Below, in pieces: positions 56,732 to 64,000 of a stretch of 64,000 nucleotides of DNA. Source of the stretch: an uncultured virus (IMG/VR IMGVR_UViG_3300032295_003754) (Duplodnaviria; Heunggongvirae; Uroviricota; Caudoviricetes). The notes below the pieces were generated by a model. The model was not told where the DNA came from and made no database searches. It saw only the letters and a list, made by a program, of their open reading frames with translations. The position numbers were made by a program, and so were the translations under genes. Within the stretch, counting starts at the first letter, position 1; every line of letters begins with the position of its first letter. The stretch lies in IMG/VR virus record IMGVR_UViG_3300032295_003754; one strand, 5' to 3'.

Positions 56732-57336
56732 AAAATATCTTCTAAATAAGTTATCTTTCTAAGATATTTTAACTTACCTTGAATCAACTTATAATCATGT
56801 CCTGACCTACTCACTATTGGTAGAATCTCACAATCATCACCTGTGAGAATATGTTTATTGAATTCCTTTTTAAAGTAATCAAACTTGGTTATTTGAGGAG
56901 TGCACAATTCAATAAAGTTTTCCCTATCAGGTATTTCCCAAGTTGCACCATTGAAAACTGATAAACCATTAACAAGTTTCATATAATACTGAACGTGATA
57001 ATTTGAATCGATACTCTTTAGTAATTTCTCAACCATTTCATCTGTAATGAATGGTCTAGCAGCATCATGAATGAGAATATTTTCACAATCATCGATAGTA
57101 TCCAAAGCTTTGCTTATTGAATCAATCCTAGAATCTTTATCGTTTATCACAACCTCAGATTGAATCTTTGCAGCACAATCAGAGTTAGTAACAACAACAA
57201 CTCTATCAAGGTGCCGATATAAAACATCTATAGAATGTTGGATGATTGGTTTACCATCTATAAGACATAACTGTTTTGGCACATCCGAACCAAATCTTGT
57301 AGATTTACCAGCTGCTAAAATGACACCTACATTCAT
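56728..57336 (-). CDS. IspD/TarI-like sugar-alcohol-phosphate cytidylyltransferase
   Basis: LAAGKSTRF..PKQ, IHDAARP, TPQ, KITY.ED. Confidence 0.85.
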   Translation of the reverse strand: MNVGVILAAGKSTRFGSDVPKQLCLIDGKPIIQHSIDVLYRHLDRVVVVTNSDCAAKIQSEVVINDKDSRIDSISKALDTIDDCENILIHDAARPFITDEMVEKLLKSIDSNYHVQYYMKLVNGLSVFNGATWEIPDRENFIELCTPQITKFDYFKKEFNKHILTGDDCEILPIVSRSGHDYKLIQGKLKYLRKITYLEDIF

Positions 57337-57395
57337 ATAAATAAATATTATTTTTTTTTAAAAAGTTAAGAAATTATATTTATATTTGTTACCAA

Positions 57396-58664
57396 ATGCA
57401 CCCAGTATTAGAATCTAAAACAATACCAAAATCTGCCGGTTGTTACCTTTTCAAAAATGATAAGGAACAAGTAATCTATGTGGGTAAATCAAAATATCTA
57501 CCCAAAAGAGTTACATCCTACTTTCAGAAAAATCATGACGATATAAAAACTAGAACCTTAGTTGAAGCAATTAGGGATGTTGAGTTTGTTATCTGTGAAT
57601 CAGAATCAGAATCACTTGTAGTTGAAGAAAATCTAATCAAACTATATCAACCAAAGTTTAATATCCGAGGTAAAGATGATAAAACTATCAGACTACATCT
57701 TACCATTCTCAATGAACCATTCCCAAGATTAGAACTTGAAAGAGGAACTGAAAACTCTGTAAATGGTATTCACTTAGCTCAGTTCACATCAGGAATGCAC
57801 GCAAGAGAGGTGTATGATTTATTACATAGAATATTTCCCCTCCGTAGTTGCTCCTATGATTTAAGTGAACAAAACTTAGAAACTAAAAAGTTCAAACCTT
57901 GTTTGGAATGGAGTATGGGTAATTGTTTAGCTCCTTGTCTTGGTGAACTTAAAAAAGTTATCTATACCAAATGGATTTCAGAGATAAAAGACATCTTTAA
58001 TTTCAAACCACAAGCTGCTATGAAATCACTTGTTAGACTTAGAAACTACCATGCAAAAAAACTTGAGTTTGAAAAGTGTGCTCACATTCAAGGAAGGGTC
58101 GAATCACTAAACCTCCTTATGAAAAAGTTAGAACCACTAAGACTTAATCGCACAAGAGATAATCTACAAGAGATTGGTAAGTTTTTAGGATTCAAAGAAA
58201 CACCACTTATCATCGAATCATTTGATAACTCACATACATCAGGTCAAGATGGTGTTGCTTGTTCAGTTAGGTTTGTTATGGGTAAACCAGAAAAATCTTC
58301 TTATAGAAAGTTTATTATCAAAGAAGCAAAAGTAGGTGATGACTATGCATCATTTGAAGAAGTCCTTGAAAGAAGATTTACAAGGATTCTCAAAGAAGGT
58401 ACACAACTACCTAATCTAGTTATTATGGATGGTGGTAAAGGACAGGTTAATGTGGCAAAGGAAATATTCAAACGGTTAAACTTAAATATAGATTTGATTG
58501 GAATATCAAAAGACCATAGACATAAAGCTAGGATGTTGCATATGTCAAATGGTGAGACACTAGACCTTTTTAAGATTCCACACTTTGAAATATTTTCAAA
58601 AATATCAGAGGAAGTTCATAGATTTACAATTAAATTTCATAAACATAGAAGAGATAAGATATGA
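57396..58664 (+). CDS. uvrC: UvrC-like excinuclease lacking the C-terminal HhH domain
   Basis: GCYLF..IYVGKS GIY-YIG, Cys cluster, FDNSH, DGGKGQ, EVHRF. Confidence 0.88.
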   Translation: MHPVLESKTIPKSAGCYLFKNDKEQVIYVGKSKYLPKRVTSYFQKNHDDIKTRTLVEAIRDVEFVICESESESLVVEENLIKLYQPKFNIRGKDDKTIRLHLTILNEPFPRLELERGTENSVNGIHLAQFTSGMHAREVYDLLHRIFPLRSCSYDLSEQNLETKKFKPCLEWSMGNCLAPCLGELKKVIYTKWISEIKDIFNFKPQAAMKSLVRLRNYHAKKLEFEKCAHIQGRVESLNLLMKKLEPLRLNRTRDNLQEIGKFLGFKETPLIIESFDNSHTSGQDGVACSVRFVMGKPEKSSYRKFIIKEAKVGDDYASFEEVLERRFTRILKEGTQLPNLVIMDGGKGQVNVAKEIFKRLNLNIDLIGISKDHRHKARMLHMSNGETLDLFKIPHFEIFSKISEEVHRFTIKFHKHRRDKI

Positions 58665-58972
58665 GTATAGAGGTAAAAACTAAAACTACTGGGTTTGGTT
58701 CACCAGCCGAAACCTATGTAGATAAACGATTAGACTTAAATGATTTAATACCCATGGATGTTATGACCACTTATTATTTTAAATATGCTGGTGAAGATAA
58801 ACATGGTGTAAGGTCAGGAGATATTCTTGTTGTAGATAAGTCAATAGATCCTGAAACAAATGATTTGGTCTTAACTAAATCAGATAAAATTAATTTGGAA
58901 CAATTCAATAACCAACCTAATATATGGGGAACAATAACATGGACTTTAAGTCAAAAGAAAAGATTGCAATAA
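58661..58972 (+). CDS. umuD: UmuD'-like Pol V accessory subunit, no catalytic Ser/Lys
   Basis: GFGSPAETYVDKRLDLN, GDILVVD. Confidence 0.75.
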   Translation: MSIEVKTKTTGFGSPAETYVDKRLDLNDLIPMDVMTTYYFKYAGEDKHGVRSGDILVVDKSIDPETNDLVLTKSDKINLEQFNNQPNIWGTITWTLSQKKRLQ

Positions 58973-60126
58973 TTGACGCCAATAATTTTTATTGCTCATG
59001 TGAAAGGGTTTTTCAACCCAAGTATGAGGGTGTAGCAACTGGCGTCCTATCAAACAATGATGGGTGTTTTATTGCCCGTAGTCAAGAGGTAAAGGATATG
59101 GGAATTAAAATGGGTCAACCAGTTTTCCAAGTGGAAAATGAAAAAAAGACCAAGATTAAAATGTTCTCCTCTAACTACGCTCTATATGGTGATATGAGTG
59201 ATAGGATTGTAAATCTACTAAAAAGACTTGTCCCAAGAGTTGAGGTTTATTCTATTGACGAATCCTTCCTTGACTTAACTCATATACCGGAAGATAAAAT
59301 ATTAGAAGAGATTTCAAGTATCAAAAGAACTATACAAAAGTTAACTGGTATTCCAGTTTCAATTGGTGTAGCGCCTAATAAAACTTTGGCTAAACTATGT
59401 AACCACTTATCAAAGAAAGGTGATGGTGTTTGCTCTTATTGGCATATAGATAGGTCTAACCTTTACAACTTGGAGATTGATGAAGTCTGGGGTATTGGTA
59501 GAAAGTATAAAAAAAGACTCTTAAACATCGGTGTCAACACAGTGGATAAGTTTATGAAAATGGATCCTGCCCACGTTAGAAAGATGTTACACGTTACTGG
59601 TCTTAGGACTTGGAGTGAACTTAACGAATGGTTATGTCACCCAATACAAACTAAGTTTAAAGTTCCAAAGATGATTACTTGTTCAAGGAGTTTTGGTTCT
59701 ACTGTATGGGAACCAGCTCAAGTTAAGAATGCTTTTTGGACCTTTCTTATGAACTGTCATAAAAAGTTAATAAAGGAAAGATTGGAGGTAACAAGGGTTA
59801 ATTTATTTGCTACAACTAATAGGTTTGATGATAACTATTTTGTTTGGTCTATACAAGTTAGTTTAACAGAACAAACTGATAGTATTGATAAGATTTGGAA
59901 TCAGATAGCACCATACCTTAGTGAAATGCCTGTAAGACTTTATTATAAAGCTGGTATAAATTTTATCAACTTAAAACCAAATAATCAAAGACAATTAGGT
60001 ATATTTGTGGGTAGTGAAAATGAAATAGAAAAACCAAATGTTGACCATCAAAAGTGGCTTACAAGGAGGGAGTTTTTATCAAAGGAGTTTACTACAAGTT
60101 GGGATGATATACCATTAGCTTTTTAA
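58924..60126 (+). CDS. umuC: Y-family DNA polymerase V catalytic subunit
   Basis: DANNFYCSCE, LSNNDGC, SSNYALYGDMS, YSIDE, C-terminal FTTSWDDI. Confidence 0.93.
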   Translation: MGNNNMDFKSKEKIAIIDANNFYCSCERVFQPKYEGVATGVLSNNDGCFIARSQEVKDMGIKMGQPVFQVENEKKTKIKMFSSNYALYGDMSDRIVNLLKRLVPRVEVYSIDESFLDLTHIPEDKILEEISSIKRTIQKLTGIPVSIGVAPNKTLAKLCNHLSKKGDGVCSYWHIDRSNLYNLEIDEVWGIGRKYKKRLLNIGVNTVDKFMKMDPAHVRKMLHVTGLRTWSELNEWLCHPIQTKFKVPKMITCSRSFGSTVWEPAQVKNAFWTFLMNCHKKLIKERLEVTRVNLFATTNRFDDNYFVWSIQVSLTEQTDSIDKIWNQIAPYLSEMPVRLYYKAGINFINLKPNNQRQLGIFVGSENEIEKPNVDHQKWLTRREFLSKEFTTSWDDIPLAF

Positions 60127-60129
60127 AAA

Positions 60130-60387
60130 ATGGAACTTAAAGAATACATACTAAAAACTGATTATGCCTTTTGGGGAAAAGGTGGTAGAAAGGTTCTATA
60201 TTCAGCTGGTAGTAAACTATTAGTTGAAAAAGAAGTGCTATCAACAAATATTGGACAAGAATCAATTTATTATTACTGCTATTCCAAACCCAATGTTTTA
60301 TTAGGATATTATGATGAAGAAGAGTTTTTTGAAATATTTATGAGTTTGGAGGAAGCAAGGGATAAAAAAATTAGCGATATTATTTAA
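60130..60387 (+). CDS. hypothetical protein with C-terminal EARDKKISDII tag
   Basis: ORF track. Confidence 0.7.
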   Translation: MELKEYILKTDYAFWGKGGRKVLYSAGSKLLVEKEVLSTNIGQESIYYYCYSKPNVLLGYYDEEEFFEIFMSLEEARDKKISDII

Positions 60388-60411
60388 TATATAAAAAAAC
60401 CTAAATAATTT

Positions 60412-61131
60412 ATGAAACACCTAAAAATATTTGAAGATTTTGAAGCACAAGGAACTATCTATCCTGAGATACAAAAAATGATTGATGGAAACGATTTCCT
60501 AAAAGGAAAGATTGTTGCTGATAAAAATACAGTATATGAGGCAGGCAACTTTATCATTCTTTTAGGAGACCTTTCCCACATCACAGATGCTCACGTTGAT
60601 GAAACTATTCCAGGTTCAAAGTTCAATAAAGGGGTTGATTTGAAAAAAGCTATCATTAATCTTGTATCAAATAATAAACCAAGTCAAATGACTGCGGGTT
60701 TTGGACCTTCTGAAAAAGAGGTTAGTGACCCGAAAGAAGCACAAAAGTTCAAATGGTTGGGATTAGATTCTAAAACAGATGTTGGTATAGAGAATGTGCA
60801 AAAATCTGAACCAAATTCCGAAGAGTTCAAATCGATGAATGTTTATACATATAAAGATTCGAGAGGTAATGAATTCAAAATCAAAGTTAAAGAAGGTGAA
60901 GGTGAAAAAACTACTTTCCTTAGTTTTATAGGTGCTAAACTTGGTATGATTGGAGATAAGGTTGTTCTTTCTGTAATGACCGCTTTCCCTGGTAAGAATG
61001 CAGTTTCTATTGCTAATAGAAATGACTTTATTAAAAATGGATTTTATTTCACTACACAAAATAAAGAAGTCATCGAAAAGTCCCAAGGTTCTGTTTCAGA
61101 AAGTTTCAAAAGAATAAGAAAGTTCAAATAA
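60412..61131 (+). CDS. hypothetical late protein with MKHLKIFEDF tag
   Basis: AATATATA at 60386-60393; terminator at 61136-61161. Confidence 0.75.
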   Translation: MKHLKIFEDFEAQGTIYPEIQKMIDGNDFLKGKIVADKNTVYEAGNFIILLGDLSHITDAHVDETIPGSKFNKGVDLKKAIINLVSNNKPSQMTAGFGPSEKEVSDPKEAQKFKWLGLDSKTDVGIENVQKSEPNSEEFKSMNVYTYKDSRGNEFKIKVKEGEGEKTTFLSFIGAKLGMIGDKVVLSVMTAFPGKNAVSIANRNDFIKNGFYFTTQNKEVIEKSQGSVSESFKRIRKFK

Positions 61132-61174
61132 AATAAAAACTCTCTTTAAAGAGGGTTTTTTAATTTCAAATACT

Positions 61175-61272
61175 ATGAAAAAGTGAAAAACAGGAGTAGC
61201 GAATTCCTGTTTTTCTTATAGCCTAAACTATAACCGGTCCTAAATTGTGACACTCAAGTCACCGGTACATTC
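61175..61272 (-). ncRNA. putative structured small RNA with segments antisense to 23S rRNA H69-H71
   Basis: Orphan AATATATA (61274-61281, minus strand), three hairpins, terminal U-rich tract, matches to the I-CeuI-site region of 23S rRNA. Confidence 0.65.
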
Positions 61273-61282
61273 TTATATATTA

Positions 61283-61624
61283 TTACACAAATCCCTTATC
61301 ACGAACTAAGTTGATAGCCTTAGCCCTTTCACCCTCCTTTTCTGGGTCCATATCATTCACGACATATCTAACTCCCCTTCCAATACCAAGTAATAAATTA
61401 TCAAACGGTATTTCAAAACGAATCAACTCTTTCAATGTGTGAACATAAAGTGAGTTTGGTCTGGCACTTGTTAAGATAATATGACTACCTCTTTCCCTTT
61501 CTTGATTGAGGTAATCGAGTGTTGATTGAATAATTTCGGGTGTGGTTTCTTCATAAGTCCCGAACTTTCTATATTTGAATATAGTGCCGTCGATATCACA
61601 AAAAATTGTGTCTTGCTTTTCCAT
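61283..61624 (-). CDS. HAD-superfamily phosphatase (short, capless)
   Basis: CDIDGT, LTSAR, VNDMD. Confidence 0.8.
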   Translation of the reverse strand: MEKQDTIFCDIDGTIFKYRKFGTYEETTPEIIQSTLDYLNQERERGSHIILTSARPNSLYVHTLKELIRFEIPFDNLLLGIGRGVRYVVNDMDPEKEGERAKAINLVRDKGFV

Positions 61625-61633
61625 TAAAATCTT

Positions 61634-62017
61634 TTAAAGATTTTCCCTACAAAAGTTTTTAACTTCTTCAAAATCTTCCGCCATATAGTACCTTATTAAT
61701 CCGCCTTTCCTTTGTAGTTCCTCTGAAATGAATGCATCTGTTGTAAATCTTATTAGATAATATGGAGCATCATCCTTTGGTTCGAATAGCTTTACAATTA
61801 AGAATTTTTTATTTGGTAGAACACCAAACATTTGAATTCTACCACCTTTTATTGTTGGTAAATATTTCAAAGTCCCACCAATTCTTACAATCTCTTGAAA
61901 TAGGTATGCTGGTATAGGAGTGTTTTCTGTCGCACTAAAATCACTATATTCTTTATCAGAAATTTCCTGTGGCATTCTATTTTGGAAGAAACTATTAAAC
62001 TCTGTTAAATATAACAC
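61634..62017 (-). CDS. hypothetical late protein (MLYLTEFNSF N-terminus)
   Basis: ORF track; AATATATA at 62022-62029, minus strand. Confidence 0.65.
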   Translation of the reverse strand: MLYLTEFNSFFQNRMPQEISDKEYSDFSATENTPIPAYLFQEIVRIGGTLKYLPTIKGGRIQMFGVLPNKKFLIVKLFEPKDDAPYYLIRFTTDAFISEELQRKGGLIRYYMAEDFEEVKNFCRENL

Positions 62018-62046
62018 TTATTATATATTAAATTATATCAAATATT

Positions 62047-63006
62047 ATGTCAATATACTTAGTGCAATGTTCAGGATGTGATAAAGAAAAACAAACTATC
62101 GGTATTTCGAATTATATCAAAGTCCTTTTTTCTACATATAGAGTCAATTCTATAATAAACCCAGAAAAGTTCACTCCGTGTGTGAGTAAAACAACCTCTT
62201 GGTTGTATGACCAGTTCTATGAAAATAAAGAATATATCTATGAAGGTGAATGGAAGGAAGAAGGTGGATTAGCTTTCGATAATTGTTCCATGTTCCTAGA
62301 TAATGCTTTATTTGCTTGGGAAGGTAGTAATAGACTTTACTATTTTAAAGAAAATATCCGTTATAATCTTCAAGCTGACCACCAATCATATTTCCCCAAT
62401 CAAGAGTGCACACATAGCACTTGTGGGTGGAAATTCTATGTAATGCCATCTGATAATATAAACTGTGAACCATTTCAAAATCAATTGATGGCTCGTGAAC
62501 CTAACTCTATTGATTTGAAATATACTAATATTCCACAAAATATTAGAGATTTATATCTATCCATCATAGAGAAATTCCGAATAATCGAACCTATTAGAAA
62601 TCATGTGAATAGTCAAGTAGAAAAGATAGGTGGTGATTATTTATCTGTTCATATCAGAACTTGGAATACATTTGGTAATTTGAGTGACCAAAGGTCTTCA
62701 AATGATAGATATAATTGGTACCTATCTCAAAGAGATAACTTTGTAAACGCTATAAACAGAAATCCTTTGAAAAAATGTTTCATTTCAACGGATAATATGG
62801 ACGAGATAAAACAACTTTTACCAAATATAATTGATAAGGAAATCTATTTTTATGAAAAAAACAGTGATTTAACCGATTTACAGAATGACTTTTCTGAACT
62901 TTTAACACTTTCAAAGTGTAATTATTTTATCGGTTCCAACTTATCAACTTTCTCTGAACTCTCTTGGTGGTACGGAGGATGTAAAGCACCTGTTGAAATA
63001 TATTAA
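62047..63006 (+). CDS. GT-B fucosyltransferase-like glycosyltransferase
   Basis: SVHIRT, FISTDN, LSKCNYFIGSNLSTFS..WW. Confidence 0.75.
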   Translation: MSIYLVQCSGCDKEKQTIGISNYIKVLFSTYRVNSIINPEKFTPCVSKTTSWLYDQFYENKEYIYEGEWKEEGGLAFDNCSMFLDNALFAWEGSNRLYYFKENIRYNLQADHQSYFPNQECTHSTCGWKFYVMPSDNINCEPFQNQLMAREPNSIDLKYTNIPQNIRDLYLSIIEKFRIIEPIRNHVNSQVEKIGGDYLSVHIRTWNTFGNLSDQRSSNDRYNWYLSQRDNFVNAINRNPLKKCFISTDNMDEIKQLLPNIIDKEIYFYEKNSDLTDLQNDFSELLTLSKCNYFIGSNLSTFSELSWWYGGCKAPVEIY

Positions 63007-63042
63007 TAAAAAAAGTGGGATTTTAGATCCCACTTTTTTTTT
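63007..63042. terminator. intrinsic terminator
   Basis: aaaaaagtgggat-ttta-gatcccactttttt. Confidence 0.75.
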
Positions 63043-63083
63043 ATTTTCAAATTATTTTTTTTATATTTGTGAATAAATATACA

Positions 63084-63836
63084 ATGTACAAAAAAATAGA
63101 AGAGTTCTGCGGAGTTAAAAATAAAGGTAATGCAAACCAGAACGGCACCAAAATGCCCAATCGTGTAAAATGGATTAAGAAACTATTAGAAACTGAAAAT
63201 ATCCCATTCGAGATTGACAGTTGGCAAAAAACAAAATCAAATTCTTTTTGGAATATTGTCCTACCAGGCACTGATGGAAAGTTTATCACAGCTCACCATG
63301 ATATCGTGAATGCTGAATCTGACAATGCAAATGATAATTCGGCATCAGTAATCAATGCCATTATGACTAAAGTAAACTCACCAAATACAACAGTGATTTT
63401 ACTTGATGGTGAGGAGATTGGTGGAGTTGGTTCAGAAAGAGCAGCTAAGCAAATCAAAATGGGATATTGGGGTGAATGTGATTTTGTCTTGAACTACGAA
63501 CTCACTGGTAGAGGTGGTAAATATTTTTTCGTCGGTGACTACGAACAGGAAATAACAGAAAAAATATTTAAACAATTTGGATGTCCAAAAGTAAAAACAC
63601 CGTTTAACGATTCCGTAATCTTCCAAAAACATGGAATTAACTCAACTGTTATCAACCCTTTACCACCAACTAAAGACCCGAATAGTCAATCAAAACAAGT
63701 TTTGTGGAATGATGAAATCGTTCTCGATTATTCATTGTTATATAATTGTCATAGTATGTCAGATAGTTTGGAAACTATCGATATATATGATATGAAAGAT
63801 TTTGTAGAAAATGTCGTCCTTGAAATACTAAAATAA
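63084..63836 (+). CDS. M28-family metallopeptidase-like protein
   Basis: TAHHD, ANDNSAS, DGEEIG, NYE, HS..D. Confidence 0.8.
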   Translation: MYKKIEEFCGVKNKGNANQNGTKMPNRVKWIKKLLETENIPFEIDSWQKTKSNSFWNIVLPGTDGKFITAHHDIVNAESDNANDNSASVINAIMTKVNSPNTTVILLDGEEIGGVGSERAAKQIKMGYWGECDFVLNYELTGRGGKYFFVGDYEQEITEKIFKQFGCPKVKTPFNDSVIFQKHGINSTVINPLPPTKDPNSQSKQVLWNDEIVLDYSLLYNCHSMSDSLETIDIYDMKDFVENVVLEILK

Positions 63837-63846
63837 TATAAACCAT

Positions 63847-64000
63847 ATGAAAAAACTATTACTAACCCTCACACTATTTGCTTATTCATTTTTAGCAAAT
63901 GCCCAACTCACACCAGTTAAACTAAGGTCAAGCCACTTTGCACAAAAACATACCAACTCTGATGGGTACTGGACTGATTTTAGTGATTGGGCTAGTAGTG
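63847..64000 (+). CDS. secreted protein, truncated by the window edge
   Basis: MKKLLLTLTLFAYSFLANAQ signal peptide. Confidence 0.65.
   Translation, partial: MKKLLLTLTLFAYSFLANAQLTPVKLRSSHFAQKHTNSDGYWTDFSDWASS

Noticed and set aside
61196..61243. Remnant rRNA gene
   Set aside because: Only two short segments match, in permuted order and embedded in their own hairpins; the flanks are not rRNA-like

Overview
This AT-rich, gene-dense window is most consistent with a jumbo/mega tailed phage of T4-like lineage. Supporting genes include a gp13-like neck protein, about 18 kb of giant collagen/FN3/LamG fibre-like genes, a split family-B DNA polymerase subunit, a probable sliding clamp, NrdB and a GH19 endolysin. 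The host is probably Bacteroidota, given TAnnTTTG -7 promoter boxes, no obvious Shine-Dalgarno sites and a T9SS C-terminal-domain protein. Host-like genes include infC, grpE, dnaJ, purA, purB, guaC, folD, uvrC, umuD/umuC, LicD/IspD/GT25 and a degenerate tRNA-Leu. The most striking signals are: (1) an orphan late-promoter-driven structured RNA near 61.2 kb with two segments antisense to the conserved 23S rRNA H69-H71 region; (2) a 41-nt UAG + cUUCGg-hairpin insert that splits DNA polymerase motif B exactly between Tyr and Gly; (3) about 23 otherwise diverse small proteins sharing a C-terminal R-x-x-K/Q-I/L-x-x-I/L-L helix tag; (4) an N-terminal MKHLKxFE-type putative capsid-targeting tag on late genes; (5) two promoter classes predicting many leaderless mRNAs. 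All calls come from motif recognition by eye; no searches were run.
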